Below, piece after piece: positions 8,940 through 18,384 of a stretch of 64,000 bases of DNA; position 1 is the first letter of the stretch, and each line of letters starts with the position of its first letter. Source of the stretch: Candidatus Hodarchaeota archaeon (GTDB taxonomy: Archaea; Asgardarchaeota; Lokiarchaeia; Sigyniarchaeales; SOKP01). The notes under the pieces are model-generated. The model was not told the DNA's origin and ran no database searches. It worked only from the letters and a program-made list of their open reading frames with translations. The stretch spans positions 100,335-164,334 of the forward strand of contig JBHLJY010000001.1 in NCBI GenBank assembly GCA_048887225.1, in the 5' to 3' direction. The position numbers were made by a program, and so were the translations under genes.

Positions 8940-9962
8940 TTAGAAAAGATTTTCAACAAATCTAAATGCAAATCCCTTTAGAACTGGCTTTAAATCATTA
9001 ACCCAAGCAGCTCCATCTAACTCTTTTATTTTATGAATAGATCTGAATTCTGTTAACACATTTGAAATTAATTTTTTCAAGACATCTAAAGAGCTAGGTT
9101 TTCTCATTTGTTCAGTTAATCCTGAGTTTATGTAATCTGCTAGAGATTGAATTAAAATATCCTTGAATTCTTCATATTTATAAAATTTACCAAATCTAAA
9201 ATATGAATGTAAAAATTGTGAAACAGCGTTTTCAATTTCGATTGATCTAATTTTCTTTTTATCGAAACAATATGTTTTAATCAATCTTTCTAATAATGAT
9301 CCATTAAATTCAAAGACTATTTTCTTTTTAGGAGCAAAATATTGTGTCGGCGTTAAGTCCTTCATTTGTTTTTCTTCTTTTCTAGATGATAATACTCCCT
9401 CATAATCTTTTTTAATAATTTCTGACAAGCCAGCGCGTAGTGTCATTATTTTTGTATCTATTCTCTCATTTTCTTTAAATATTGTTGGAACCTTATTCTT
9501 ATGCTTTTCTAAGATTTGAGAAACATTAAAGTCCTTAGCTTCAAAAGTTGCGAAAAATATATCGTAAAGCGTACTAATCTCATATTCTTTAATATTATTT
9601 TTAAGCAATTTCCTCATATAATTATCATAATTAAGGAAAAAGAGAAATATACAATCGTCAACCGCTAAGTTAAAATTAGAATATTGTGCTCTTATAAGAT
9701 ATTTCTTGTATTCCAAGCGAATTTTTTGAGCTCGGATCCATTCGAATGCAAAATCAAGTATTTTTTTTTCTATTTTTCCTTTATAATGATTAAGAATACT
9801 GGCTATTTCATCTATAGATTCTCCAATTGATTGATTATTTAGGAATTTTGCAATAATCTTTAGTGGATCTAAAAAAGAAAATTGATTTTTAATTCTTTCA
9901 TAGTAATTATATAAACGTGCCTTATCAATCTTGTAAACTTGTTCAAATTTGATTTCTTCCAT
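8940..9962 (-). CDS. hypothetical protein (mostly helical, aromatic-rich)
   Basis: 340-aa ORF lying 27 nt downstream of the 9990-11030 ORF on the same strand. I recognised no motif. Confidence 0.5.
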   Translation of the reverse strand: MEEIKFEQVYKIDKARLYNYYERIKNQFSFLDPLKIIAKFLNNQSIGESIDEIASILNHYKGKIEKKILDFAFEWIRAQKIRLEYKKYLIRAQYSNFNLAVDDCIFLFFLNYDNYMRKLLKNNIKEYEISTLYDIFFATFEAKDFNVSQILEKHKNKVPTIFKENERIDTKIMTLRAGLSEIIKKDYEGVLSSRKEEKQMKDLTPTQYFAPKKKIVFEFNGSLLERLIKTYCFDKKKIRSIEIENAVSQFLHSYFRFGKFYKYEEFKDILIQSLADYINSGLTEQMRKPSSLDVLKKLISNVLTEFRSIHKIKELDGAAWVNDLKPVLKGFAFRFVENLF

Positions 9963-9989
9963 ATCTTCTTTCTTTACAATAATCTTAAA

Positions 9990-11030
9990 TTAATCTATAA
10001 TATCAAGGCATGACTTAATTTTATTTAGATCCTCATCTGAAGATGTACACCATTTTTCATTGGAGAGCCGTGGATTAAGATTATGAATTAATTCAATAGG
10101 ATTTTTATGCTCGTCTAAAATAAATCTTAAATTTCTTTTATAAAATGATAAATTATTATTATTATCAGTAAACTCATTTTCAGGAATTAAAATACCTCCA
10201 TAACTTTTTTTTACACTATTTTCGACTGAATATTCTTCTAAATAAATCATGTGTTTATCTTGTTGACTTAATTTTATCGTTCTAACATTAGGATAAACTG
10301 TAGTCATGTTAAATAATTTTAAAGTCTCGTTTATTAGATTTTCATAATAATCTGGAATAATTGCAGTAATATAATAAGAAGGAGTATAAGATAAAAGTTG
10401 TTTTCTTAAAAGATCATCTTTATCAAAAGTAAAAAGATGAGAAATTTTTGACCCATCATCATTTATTATTCTTTCTATTACTCCAACGCAATAGTACTTT
10501 TGTTGTTCTTCCCAGTACATTTTTCTTGTAGCACCTAGCGAATATTCAATTAGATTAAGTCCACGTTCCAATTCCTTTTTAATAAAATCTTTGAAATTAA
10601 AATCTCCTCCTAATAGACTCTCATTTACGATTCTACCTTGGATGATACTAGGGTGAATATATTCAACTAATTTAGTATGTAATAATTTGACATCTTCAGT
10701 ATGAGGAGAACCAATTAAAGCGGAGAGATGAGTAGGCAACCCATCTTCGGAAATAATTGTAGAATTAAGATTGAAGAAAGATTGAATAATATCAACATCC
10801 ATTAATATATCTTGGTGTAAAGATAAAGTAGATTCTATAAATTCAATTTTCCAATTGGCTCCAGAGGTGCTGGCTGAAGTTAAAAATAATGGCCCTAAAT
10901 ATTTATATGAAGTCATTTTTAAATTTGAAATTGCATCTTCGGATAATCCCTCTGAAAATTTAATATTGTCGAAAACTAAATTATTTTCGTCAGAAAAAAA
11001 CAATCCTAGGATAAATTCTGAGTTTTTCAT
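9990..11030 (-). CDS. hypothetical protein
   Basis: 346-aa ORF, first gene of a two-gene minus-strand unit. I recognised no motif. Confidence 0.5.
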   Translation of the reverse strand: MKNSEFILGLFFSDENNLVFDNIKFSEGLSEDAISNLKMTSYKYLGPLFLTSASTSGANWKIEFIESTLSLHQDILMDVDIIQSFFNLNSTIISEDGLPTHLSALIGSPHTEDVKLLHTKLVEYIHPSIIQGRIVNESLLGGDFNFKDFIKKELERGLNLIEYSLGATRKMYWEEQQKYYCVGVIERIINDDGSKISHLFTFDKDDLLRKQLLSYTPSYYITAIIPDYYENLINETLKLFNMTTVYPNVRTIKLSQQDKHMIYLEEYSVENSVKKSYGGILIPENEFTDNNNNLSFYKRNLRFILDEHKNPIELIHNLNPRLSNEKWCTSSDEDLNKIKSCLDIID

Positions 11031-11274
11031 AAGCTAGTAAGAAAGTTTTATTTTTAGCGGCATTAAGTCCGTTTATTAGACAAATCCTAGACAAATAATA
11101 AAATATAAATTTATAAGTTTTAGGTTTTCAAAAATTTTCGTTCCTTTCTGTCAAATGATAATTTTTTTTAGTTTTTTACAATAATTATTCTTTTTCACAA
11201 TAAAAATTAATTCAATAGGTAATTATGAGAACTTATGAGTATTAATATTAATTGTTATAAAATGTTTTATTGCA

Positions 11275-12102
11275 ATGATTAAATTAGCTATAAATCAAAA
11301 TTCGTGCAAAAATCTTTCATTGTTAAGATTTATTAAATTTTCAAAAGATTTTAAGGGAGTAGAATTAAATTTTAAAGAGATTAAAAAAGAGGTCTCTGAA
11401 AATGTTAAATTAAAAGACATTTTAGAAACCTTAGAAAGATACAATCTTAAAGTATATAGCATTTTTAGTCTAAAGGATTTTTCATTATGCTCAGAAAGAG
11501 ATTTTAAAATTAAAATCCTTAGTAATTTAATCCAAATGTTTAATTTCTGTCATAAATTAGAATCAGAGTTAATAATTGTCAATCCTTCTAAACTTGAATT
11601 TTCCTTAGAATCTGACATAGTACCAAAATGGAGAGTTATTAATAAAACAAGAAAAAGACTTGAAGAAATTTTAAAAAAAGCAAATAGTGAAGATATTAAT
11701 ATAGGCTTTGAATTTTTATCTGATAGTTCAATATCAACCTTAAGCGATGCTAAAGAAGTTTTAGAACCTTTTGAATCGCATGAAAATTTAGGGTATATTA
11801 TAGATTTATTCCATGTAGTTAAAAGTGGATCAGATCATAATCAGCTTAAAATTATTAAAGATTTTATCTTTTTAATTCAATTATGTGATTTAGAATACGA
11901 TAAAGAAAACATAACAGATACATCCAGCTCTTTAGTAAAAAGAGTTTTCCCAGGAGAAGGTTATTATGAATTAAAAGATTTTATAAAATTTTCTCAAAAA
12001 ATAGGGTATCTCAAAACATATTCTCTAGAATTATCGAAATATGAATGTTCAGATAATTTATATAAAAAATTGCATATTTATTATCTAAACAATATTCAAT
12101 AG
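11275..12102 (+). CDS. xylose isomerase-like TIM-barrel protein (sugar phosphate isomerase/epimerase family)
   Basis: 275 aa. The pattern NIGFEFL...LGYIIDLFH...IQLCD is typical of the AP-endonuclease-2/xylose-isomerase-like barrel. Confidence 0.5.
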   Translation: MIKLAINQNSCKNLSLLRFIKFSKDFKGVELNFKEIKKEVSENVKLKDILETLERYNLKVYSIFSLKDFSLCSERDFKIKILSNLIQMFNFCHKLESELIIVNPSKLEFSLESDIVPKWRVINKTRKRLEEILKKANSEDINIGFEFLSDSSISTLSDAKEVLEPFESHENLGYIIDLFHVVKSGSDHNQLKIIKDFIFLIQLCDLEYDKENITDTSSSLVKRVFPGEGYYELKDFIKFSQKIGYLKTYSLELSKYECSDNLYKKLHIYYLNNIQ

Positions 12103-12168
12103 CTTAAGATTATATTATAAAATTCCTATTATATCATAATAACCAATTAAATAGTTTTATGATCTTTA

Positions 12169-12693
12169 ATGACTACTTATGACTATACGTTTAAGATCTT
12201 GTTGTTAGGCGATGCTTCAGTGGGAAAAACTTCGTTCACTAAGAGGTATTGCTATAATGTCTTCAATCCTAGCGAACGTTTGACGATAGGAGTCGATTTT
12301 CACGTAAAAACCATCGAGTTGCATAATAAAAAAATAAAATTACAAATTTGGGACGTTGGTGGAGAAGAGCGTTTTAGATTCCTGCTACCTACGTATTGCC
12401 TTGGCGCGAACGCGGCGTTTCTGTTGTATGATATTACGAGAGCTCCCACTTTAGATAATATACCAGAATGGACTTCTATAGTAAGGGAAAAGGGAGGCTC
12501 AATCCCTATTATGTTAGTTGGTTCAAAAGTCGATCTTGCTGAATCTCAGCGGGAAATTCCTACAGAACATGGTGTTCAAATTGCCGAGAAAAATAATTTT
12601 TCTGATTTTGTCGAGATTTCAGCAAAAGAAAATCTTAACGTTAACAATGCCTTTAAAGATCTAACTGAGTTTACTATTCAAAATATGAAATAA
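12169..12693 (+). CDS. Rab-like small GTPase (Ras superfamily)
   Basis: 174 aa. Motifs: G1 GDASVGKT, switch I TIGVDF, G3 KLQIWDVGGEERFRF, YDIT, G4 GSKVD, G5 SAK. There is no C-terminal Cys prenylation motif. Confidence 0.9.
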   Translation: MTTYDYTFKILLLGDASVGKTSFTKRYCYNVFNPSERLTIGVDFHVKTIELHNKKIKLQIWDVGGEERFRFLLPTYCLGANAAFLLYDITRAPTLDNIPEWTSIVREKGGSIPIMLVGSKVDLAESQREIPTEHGVQIAEKNNFSDFVEISAKENLNVNNAFKDLTEFTIQNMK

Positions 12694-12712
12694 AAAATAA
12701 ATAGATTATTCT

Positions 12713-13678
12713 ATGACCACACAAGACGAATTTATTCAAATATCGAATTTATTCAATTCATTAGGCATAATTGAAAAAGGTATTGAACGAGTTTATCATT
12801 ATTTGTTAAAAAATAAAAGAATTGATAATTTAAAAGAAGTCTGTGATCAGTATGATCTATCTTTAAAAAGAGGTTATAAAATCTGTTCTGTATTGAACGA
12901 TTTAGAATTAGTTCAAATTTACGATAGACCAATGAAAGTCAATTTAACAACTCCTCTTGTCTCGATTTGGCAAAAATTGATCAACAAGCGTATAGAAGCC
13001 TTGAAATATGAATTTGAGGACGAAAAGCAGCGATGTTCTGTTTATCTTGACGAATTTATTAAACAATATAATTTGAAATCCTTAGAGGCTCCACAAGAGC
13101 CTGTAGAATTGCTTCTTTTCGATATTAAAAAAATCGATGAGATGTATTATCCATTTTTAACCCGCAGTGAATGTAAAATTGCGGCAGGTATTAGATACGA
13201 AAATCCATTAATTTCTTTCATCAGGACCAATTCGATAGAAGAGATCGGAAAGAACTTAAAAAAGTCTATAATAGAAAGTATGAATAAAATTAAAGAAAAC
13301 CTCAGTAATATTAATATAAAAGTTGTTTTTAATAACGAGTTAATTATTGAATTGCTAACAAGTAAAGAATTTGCGGTTTTATACGAACAAATCGAACCTG
13401 TTGAATTTGAATTTAAAAGCCTTAAAGTTCATATAACAGAAGAACACTTTAGTAATTTTATTTTAACCGATGAAGAGTTAATCCAGCCAAGTTTCGATCC
13501 TACCAACAAGCTAATGGGTTCTTTTATATCTCGCAACGAAAATATTTATCACATTTTTTATGCTAAATTTAACGAGTTATTTGAAAAAGGAATTCCGATA
13601 AATAATTTTATCTCAATATCTGATATTTCAATTAATTCCCTATCGGAAAAACAAACATTTACCTTGTGTTTATTGTAA
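12713..13678 (+). CDS. TrmB-family winged-helix transcriptional regulator-like protein
   Basis: 321 aa, 19 nt after the GTPase stop. The N-terminus (LGIIEKGIERVYHYLLKNKRIDNLKEVCDQYDLSLKRGYKICSVLNDLELV) fits the TrmB wHTH. A coiled segment and a C-terminal domain follow. Confidence 0.6.
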   Translation: MTTQDEFIQISNLFNSLGIIEKGIERVYHYLLKNKRIDNLKEVCDQYDLSLKRGYKICSVLNDLELVQIYDRPMKVNLTTPLVSIWQKLINKRIEALKYEFEDEKQRCSVYLDEFIKQYNLKSLEAPQEPVELLLFDIKKIDEMYYPFLTRSECKIAAGIRYENPLISFIRTNSIEEIGKNLKKSIIESMNKIKENLSNINIKVVFNNELIIELLTSKEFAVLYEQIEPVEFEFKSLKVHITEEHFSNFILTDEELIQPSFDPTNKLMGSFISRNENIYHIFYAKFNELFEKGIPINNFISISDISINSLSEKQTFTLCLL

Positions 13679-13763
13679 AAATCATTCAATTAACTATTGT
13701 TTAAATAATAGCCCCAGCACTAATTTTTAAAAATAAAAAAGAAAGCAAAAATAGTGATAGATT

Positions 13764-14498
13764 ATGTCAGAAAAAGTATTGTATGTAGAATTAACACCTC
13801 GAGAATTTAAGGAGCGATTATTAAAGGCTCCGATTGCATATTTACCTTTAGGTACTCTTGAATGGCATGGTAGGCATATGCCATTGGGAGCAGATGGATT
13901 GATATCTTCTGGATTTTTTATAGAACTTGCGAAGAAGGTTGGTGGAATAGTTCTTCCAATGCTCTTTTTAGGACCCGACAATTCAAGAATTGTTGATGGA
14001 AAAGAATATTATGGGATGGATATTAAAAGTTATCCTTCGCAGCACCCTCAAAAACTTTTAGGTAGTGCTTATTGGATAAATAAAAAGCTTTTTAGGGATG
14101 TCCTTATAGAAATCTTAAAACAACTTAAAAGGGCAAGTTTTAAAATTGTTGTAGCACATGGCCATGGTCCATCTACATTGGTTTTCTATAAGAGTATTAA
14201 AAAATGGAGGAAAGAATTTGGTCTTGAGCTTTTTATATGCTGGAGAGATAAAGAAACAGATGGGCTTGGAATACAAACGGATCATGCTGCTGCAAATGAA
14301 ACATCCCTTATGATGGCTTTAAGACCAGATCTCGTCAAAATTGAAAATCTTTCAAAGGAAAAGGATAAAAAACCACTTGGACTTCAGGGCAAAGATCCCC
14401 GTGAATTTGCGAGCTCTGAGAAGGGAAAGAGAATAATATCTTTACAAATAGAGCGAATAGCAGAAATTCTTAAAGAAACATTAAATAAAATTAATTAA
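13764..14498 (+). CDS. creatininase family amidohydrolase (ArfB/MftE-like)
   Basis: 244 aa. It carries LPLGTLEWHGRHMPLGADG and HGHG...TDHAAANETS. Confidence 0.8.
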   Translation: MSEKVLYVELTPREFKERLLKAPIAYLPLGTLEWHGRHMPLGADGLISSGFFIELAKKVGGIVLPMLFLGPDNSRIVDGKEYYGMDIKSYPSQHPQKLLGSAYWINKKLFRDVLIEILKQLKRASFKIVVAHGHGPSTLVFYKSIKKWRKEFGLELFICWRDKETDGLGIQTDHAAANETSLMMALRPDLVKIENLSKEKDKKPLGLQGKDPREFASSEKGKRIISLQIERIAEILKETLNKIN

Positions 14499-14567
14499 GA
14501 GATCATAAGTTATAGTATGATGATATTTTTGATTCTTTTAAATATTTAATTATAAAAGTATATTGTC

Positions 14568-17219
14568 ATGAAAAAAAACAGTCGGAATATTGCATTAATA
14601 ATAATTTTAATTTTGGGACTTCAAATCTTCTCAATTCTTATATCTAATTTCTATAATAATGATTATTATAGAGCCTTTAAAGAAACTGAATATATTTCCG
14701 ATAAAATACCAAAAATACAAAATGGTTATCCCAAAACTCTTTTAATAGATGATATGGAAAACATAGATGATTGGGTAAATCTTAGCTGCGAAAAATCTCT
14801 CTCAACTGACTGTACGCAAGGATCTTATTCGTTGAATATGACGGTTAATTCAACTAATGGACAACAATCAGTTGTAAAGGATGTTAATTCTACATCATTA
14901 GGATTTAATTTTTCGCTTTATGATACTCTCGAATTTGACCTAAAAATCACAGGATCAAATTTCACAGCATTTTCAGTCGCATTAAACCAGAGGCCTCAGT
15001 TTGAATTTGTGATATGGTATCGTAGTTATCGAGATTCTCAATGGCACCATGTAGTCATCAATTTAAAAAAACCAGCAAAAGTTAATATGGCATACTTCGA
15101 CTTACACGTTCTAGTACTCTCTTTATGGGGTCATGAAGATTATGAGGAAGAAATTTTTTCCATTTTAATAGATAATATGTATTTATCGTCATCGGGGATT
15201 AGATTAACACCTGATTTAGATTATAAGGATATTTCACCAGGGAATTCTGTGAACTTTGTAGTCGAATTAGAACATATACATGGTACGGCATCTGAAGATT
15301 TTTCAATTACTCTTAATAAAAATAATCTAATTGAATTTGACGCTAATCTCAATTGTTCTATTCTTTCAATCTTACCAAACAAGAGTAAAAGTTTTACTGT
15401 AAATTTCACGGCTCCCATTCCTGCTAGTGTAGACGTATGTGAATCTGTAAATGTGTTTGTCCAATCTCAATCCCAACCAGGAAAGAATTATTCAATTACT
15501 TTAACATGTGGCGTCCAAACGAATAGAGATCGCATATACTTTATGTCTGATTATTATAATGGAAGTTATGAGTTATTCTCAATGAATCCCGATGGAACTA
15601 ATGTAACGAGATTAACGTATAATAAAGATGACGAACATACAGTAGTGTGTTTATCACCTGATGGAACATTAATAGCATTTACTCGCTCCAATGAATCTAA
15701 TAATGCTAATTATAGAGAAATTTGGGTATTGAATCTTACCGATATGACAGAATGGCAAGTTACGCTTAATAATTGTTCTGATTCCCATCCTGATTTCTCC
15801 CCTGATGGAAAAGAATTATGCTTTTTTTCTAATAATCGATTTCCAGGAGATAACGCTTCAGTTTATATAATAAGTATTAACGGATCTAATGAACGACAAT
15901 TAACTCCAGAGAATTATCTTTGTGCCGATCCATCTTGGTCAAGAAAAGGAGATAAAATTGCTTTCAATGCATTGCCACCCGGCGGAACTAATACATGGGA
16001 TTTTGAAATTTTTACTATAAATGCGACAGATGGAACTAATTTAACACAAATAACTAACGATAATTTCTGTGAGACCGATCCCTATTGGTCTAAGGACGAT
16101 GAATGTATCTTATACGATCGTTATGTTGGTCCTGGCGATTGGAACGATTTAAATAATGTTTTCGCAGATTGGGAACCTTGGGAAATACTTGAGTTCAATA
16201 GAACCTCCACTTTGGAAGAAAAATTACTTGAAACCATCGGTGATAATGAGGCTAAATATGCAATCATCCCTACTTATTCTCCCGATAATAAAAAGTATAT
16301 GTATTCTCGATATATTGACGAATATGGAATTTTCCGTTGTTTTATTGACGATCGCAAAGGAAATACAGTTGAATTAGACTTACCATATAATGTTTTATGG
16401 GCAGATTGGGGTCCTCGTAGGGATTATGTCCCTCGCCCAGACTTAGCCGTTGTAAATATTTCTTCTAATCCAGCGTATAATCCAACAAATCCGGCATGTA
16501 ATGAAATAACAGCAACAATTAGAAATGTTGGAGATACTCATTTGACTTCTGCAAAAGTAATATTTACAGATGGACATCCAAAATTTGGTGGTACCTCAAT
16601 TGGAAGTGTAAAAACAATATCTAATTTGGCACCGGGTCAATCTATAGAAGTATCATCCGATTTATGGTTAAACCCAATGCTTGGAGAACATTTTGTATAT
16701 GCAACTATTTTAAATTCAACTCCTCAAGAAAATAATATTTTAAACAACCGTAACTTCACAAAATTTTACTTTAAACCACCAATGAGTTTTATATTAAGCT
16801 CTAATGCAGGAGAACCACATAAAAATGGAGCTTTTATGTTAAATTGGTCAATTTCCATTGGTGCTGATAATTATTCGGTTTATATTTACAACCGCAATAT
16901 AACTATCTTAAACGATAGTATTACATTAGTACAAGAAGGAATTACTAAAATCAACTATTCAACTTTAAGATCTAACGGAAATTATTATTTTGTTGTTGTT
17001 GCGGTTAATAAAACTGGTCGCACACTATCTAATTGCATTTTAGTTTCAATTCAAATTCCATCTATCGGTGAAGGTGATGATGATGACGATGATGAAAAAG
17101 TTATTGATATGGGGGTTATTATCGTAGTCATACTTCTTGCTAGCATCGGCGGTGGTGTTGCTGTTGTTGTATTAATTAAAAAGGGAATATTTAATATCTC
17201 TAAACTGAAAAGAAAATAA
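14568..17219 (+). CDS. large surface glycoprotein candidate: N-terminal anchor, TolB-like beta-propeller repeats, CARDB-like domain, C-terminal TM anchor
   Basis: 883 aa. It has an N-terminal hydrophobic helix and repeated SPDG/W-S blades (SPDGTLIAFTR, FSPDGKELCFFS, DPSWSRKGDKIAFN, DPYWSKDDECILY, YSPDNKKYMY). DLAVVNISS...ATIRNVGDT looks CARDB-like. I count about 30 NxS/T sequons. A D6 acidic tract precedes the C-terminal TM helix. Confidence 0.75.
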   Translation: MKKNSRNIALIIILILGLQIFSILISNFYNNDYYRAFKETEYISDKIPKIQNGYPKTLLIDDMENIDDWVNLSCEKSLSTDCTQGSYSLNMTVNSTNGQQSVVKDVNSTSLGFNFSLYDTLEFDLKITGSNFTAFSVALNQRPQFEFVIWYRSYRDSQWHHVVINLKKPAKVNMAYFDLHVLVLSLWGHEDYEEEIFSILIDNMYLSSSGIRLTPDLDYKDISPGNSVNFVVELEHIHGTASEDFSITLNKNNLIEFDANLNCSILSILPNKSKSFTVNFTAPIPASVDVCESVNVFVQSQSQPGKNYSITLTCGVQTNRDRIYFMSDYYNGSYELFSMNPDGTNVTRLTYNKDDEHTVVCLSPDGTLIAFTRSNESNNANYREIWVLNLTDMTEWQVTLNNCSDSHPDFSPDGKELCFFSNNRFPGDNASVYIISINGSNERQLTPENYLCADPSWSRKGDKIAFNALPPGGTNTWDFEIFTINATDGTNLTQITNDNFCETDPYWSKDDECILYDRYVGPGDWNDLNNVFADWEPWEILEFNRTSTLEEKLLETIGDNEAKYAIIPTYSPDNKKYMYSRYIDEYGIFRCFIDDRKGNTVELDLPYNVLWADWGPRRDYVPRPDLAVVNISSNPAYNPTNPACNEITATIRNVGDTHLTSAKVIFTDGHPKFGGTSIGSVKTISNLAPGQSIEVSSDLWLNPMLGEHFVYATILNSTPQENNILNNRNFTKFYFKPPMSFILSSNAGEPHKNGAFMLNWSISIGADNYSVYIYNRNITILNDSITLVQEGITKINYSTLRSNGNYYFVVVAVNKTGRTLSNCILVSIQIPSIGEGDDDDDDEKVIDMGVIIVVILLASIGGGVAVVVLIKKGIFNISKLKRK

Positions 17220-17232
17220 GGATAAATATAAA

Positions 17233-17255
17233 TTTTTTATTTTTTCTTTTTTTTT
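17233..17255 (+). terminator. T-rich tract (terminator candidate)
   Basis: The sequence T6-A-T6-C-T9 lies within 40 nt of the stop at 17217-17219. Confidence 0.4.
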
Positions 17256-17448
17256 AATTTTGTCTTAGATTGAATCATATATCCGTTCTAAGATATAAGA
17301 TTTATCATTTTAATCATTCATAATCTTCAATATTGGATAATAATTAAATAAATAATTCATAGATGTAAATCTTATATATAGCATATGATTCTACTAGATT
17401 ATATTATCATATCGTTTTTAATTATTAAAACAACTTGTACTTTAACTT

Positions 17449-18333
17449 ATGAAACGCAGATATAAAATTATTATTGAACTTCTGCTAATTATAATTCTTG
17501 CTTATGTTGGATATTGGTTCTACTTTTATTCTGGTTTAAATCAAATCTTAATTAATTTAATTTTATTAAATATTTTAATTTATATCGTACGCACTTTTCT
17601 TATTAATTTTGTAAACGCAATAATAAAAAATCGCATATTTAAATTCACATTTTCTCTTATTGTTAATCTTATTTGGATTATATTTCTATTTACACTATTA
17701 TTTTTCATCTCACCTACATTCACAATTTCAATTATTTCTTTCTTAATCATAGCAATCTCTTTAACATTTCAAGATGTTATCAACAATATTGCTTCAGGCC
17801 TTATGATAATCTCGAAAGAGGATGTTGAAATTGGTGATTTAGTGGAAATTAATGGTATACAAGGAATAATAAAGGAAATAAATCTAAATTATACAGTTAT
17901 AGAAGATTTTGATGGAACTTTAACATATATTCCTAATAGAATAGTTTACAATGCGTCAGTGGTTAAATTTACGCATAGAAGATTAAAAATAGGTAAATCA
18001 GCAGATGAAAGAAGAAAGTTAATGAGATACGTTAAGGATTTTAGCAAATTTCTTTCACGTGGAAAAAAATTAACAAACTATACTAAAATTGTTGAAATTA
18101 CATCGGCTGTAAATCCTGATGAATTAGAAGCTCTATTATCCTCCGTTTTCGATAAATATCAGCCAATCTTTGGAATAAGACCCGATTATGTAATAGAAAA
18201 AACAGCTTTGGATAGATGTGTGATAACATTACTAGTCATGTCAAAAGAGCCAATTTTGGTTATTAAATACTTAGATAATTTCTTAAAAGATATCGTTTAT
18301 AAATTATATTCTAATAAAATCGCTGGGGGATAA
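17449..18333 (+). CDS. mechanosensitive ion channel (MscS family)
   Basis: 294 aa with N-terminal TM helices, then NIASGLMIISKEDVEIGDLVEINGIQGIIKEINLNYTVIEDFDGTLTYIPN, which is the MscS pore/beta domain. Confidence 0.8.
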   Translation: MKRRYKIIIELLLIIILAYVGYWFYFYSGLNQILINLILLNILIYIVRTFLINFVNAIIKNRIFKFTFSLIVNLIWIIFLFTLLFFISPTFTISIISFLIIAISLTFQDVINNIASGLMIISKEDVEIGDLVEINGIQGIIKEINLNYTVIEDFDGTLTYIPNRIVYNASVVKFTHRRLKIGKSADERRKLMRYVKDFSKFLSRGKKLTNYTKIVEITSAVNPDELEALLSSVFDKYQPIFGIRPDYVIEKTALDRCVITLLVMSKEPILVIKYLDNFLKDIVYKLYSNKIAGG

Positions 18334-18384
18334 CATAATTTAAAATTAGGTGATAAATTGAAAAAAAAAGAGGTTCCGTATTAA

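Noticed and set aside
14517-14523. An ATGATGA (C-box-like) sequence lies in the spacer before the 883-aa gene. I considered a C/D box sRNA.
   Set aside because: No CTGA D box occurs at the appropriate distance, and there is no terminal stem.
17075-17092. A GAT/GAC repeat encoding D6 near the C-terminus of the 883-aa protein. I considered a microsatellite or slippage site.
   Set aside because: It is only six codons, in frame, and plausibly a functional acidic pre-anchor tract. It is noted under the surface-protein finding instead.
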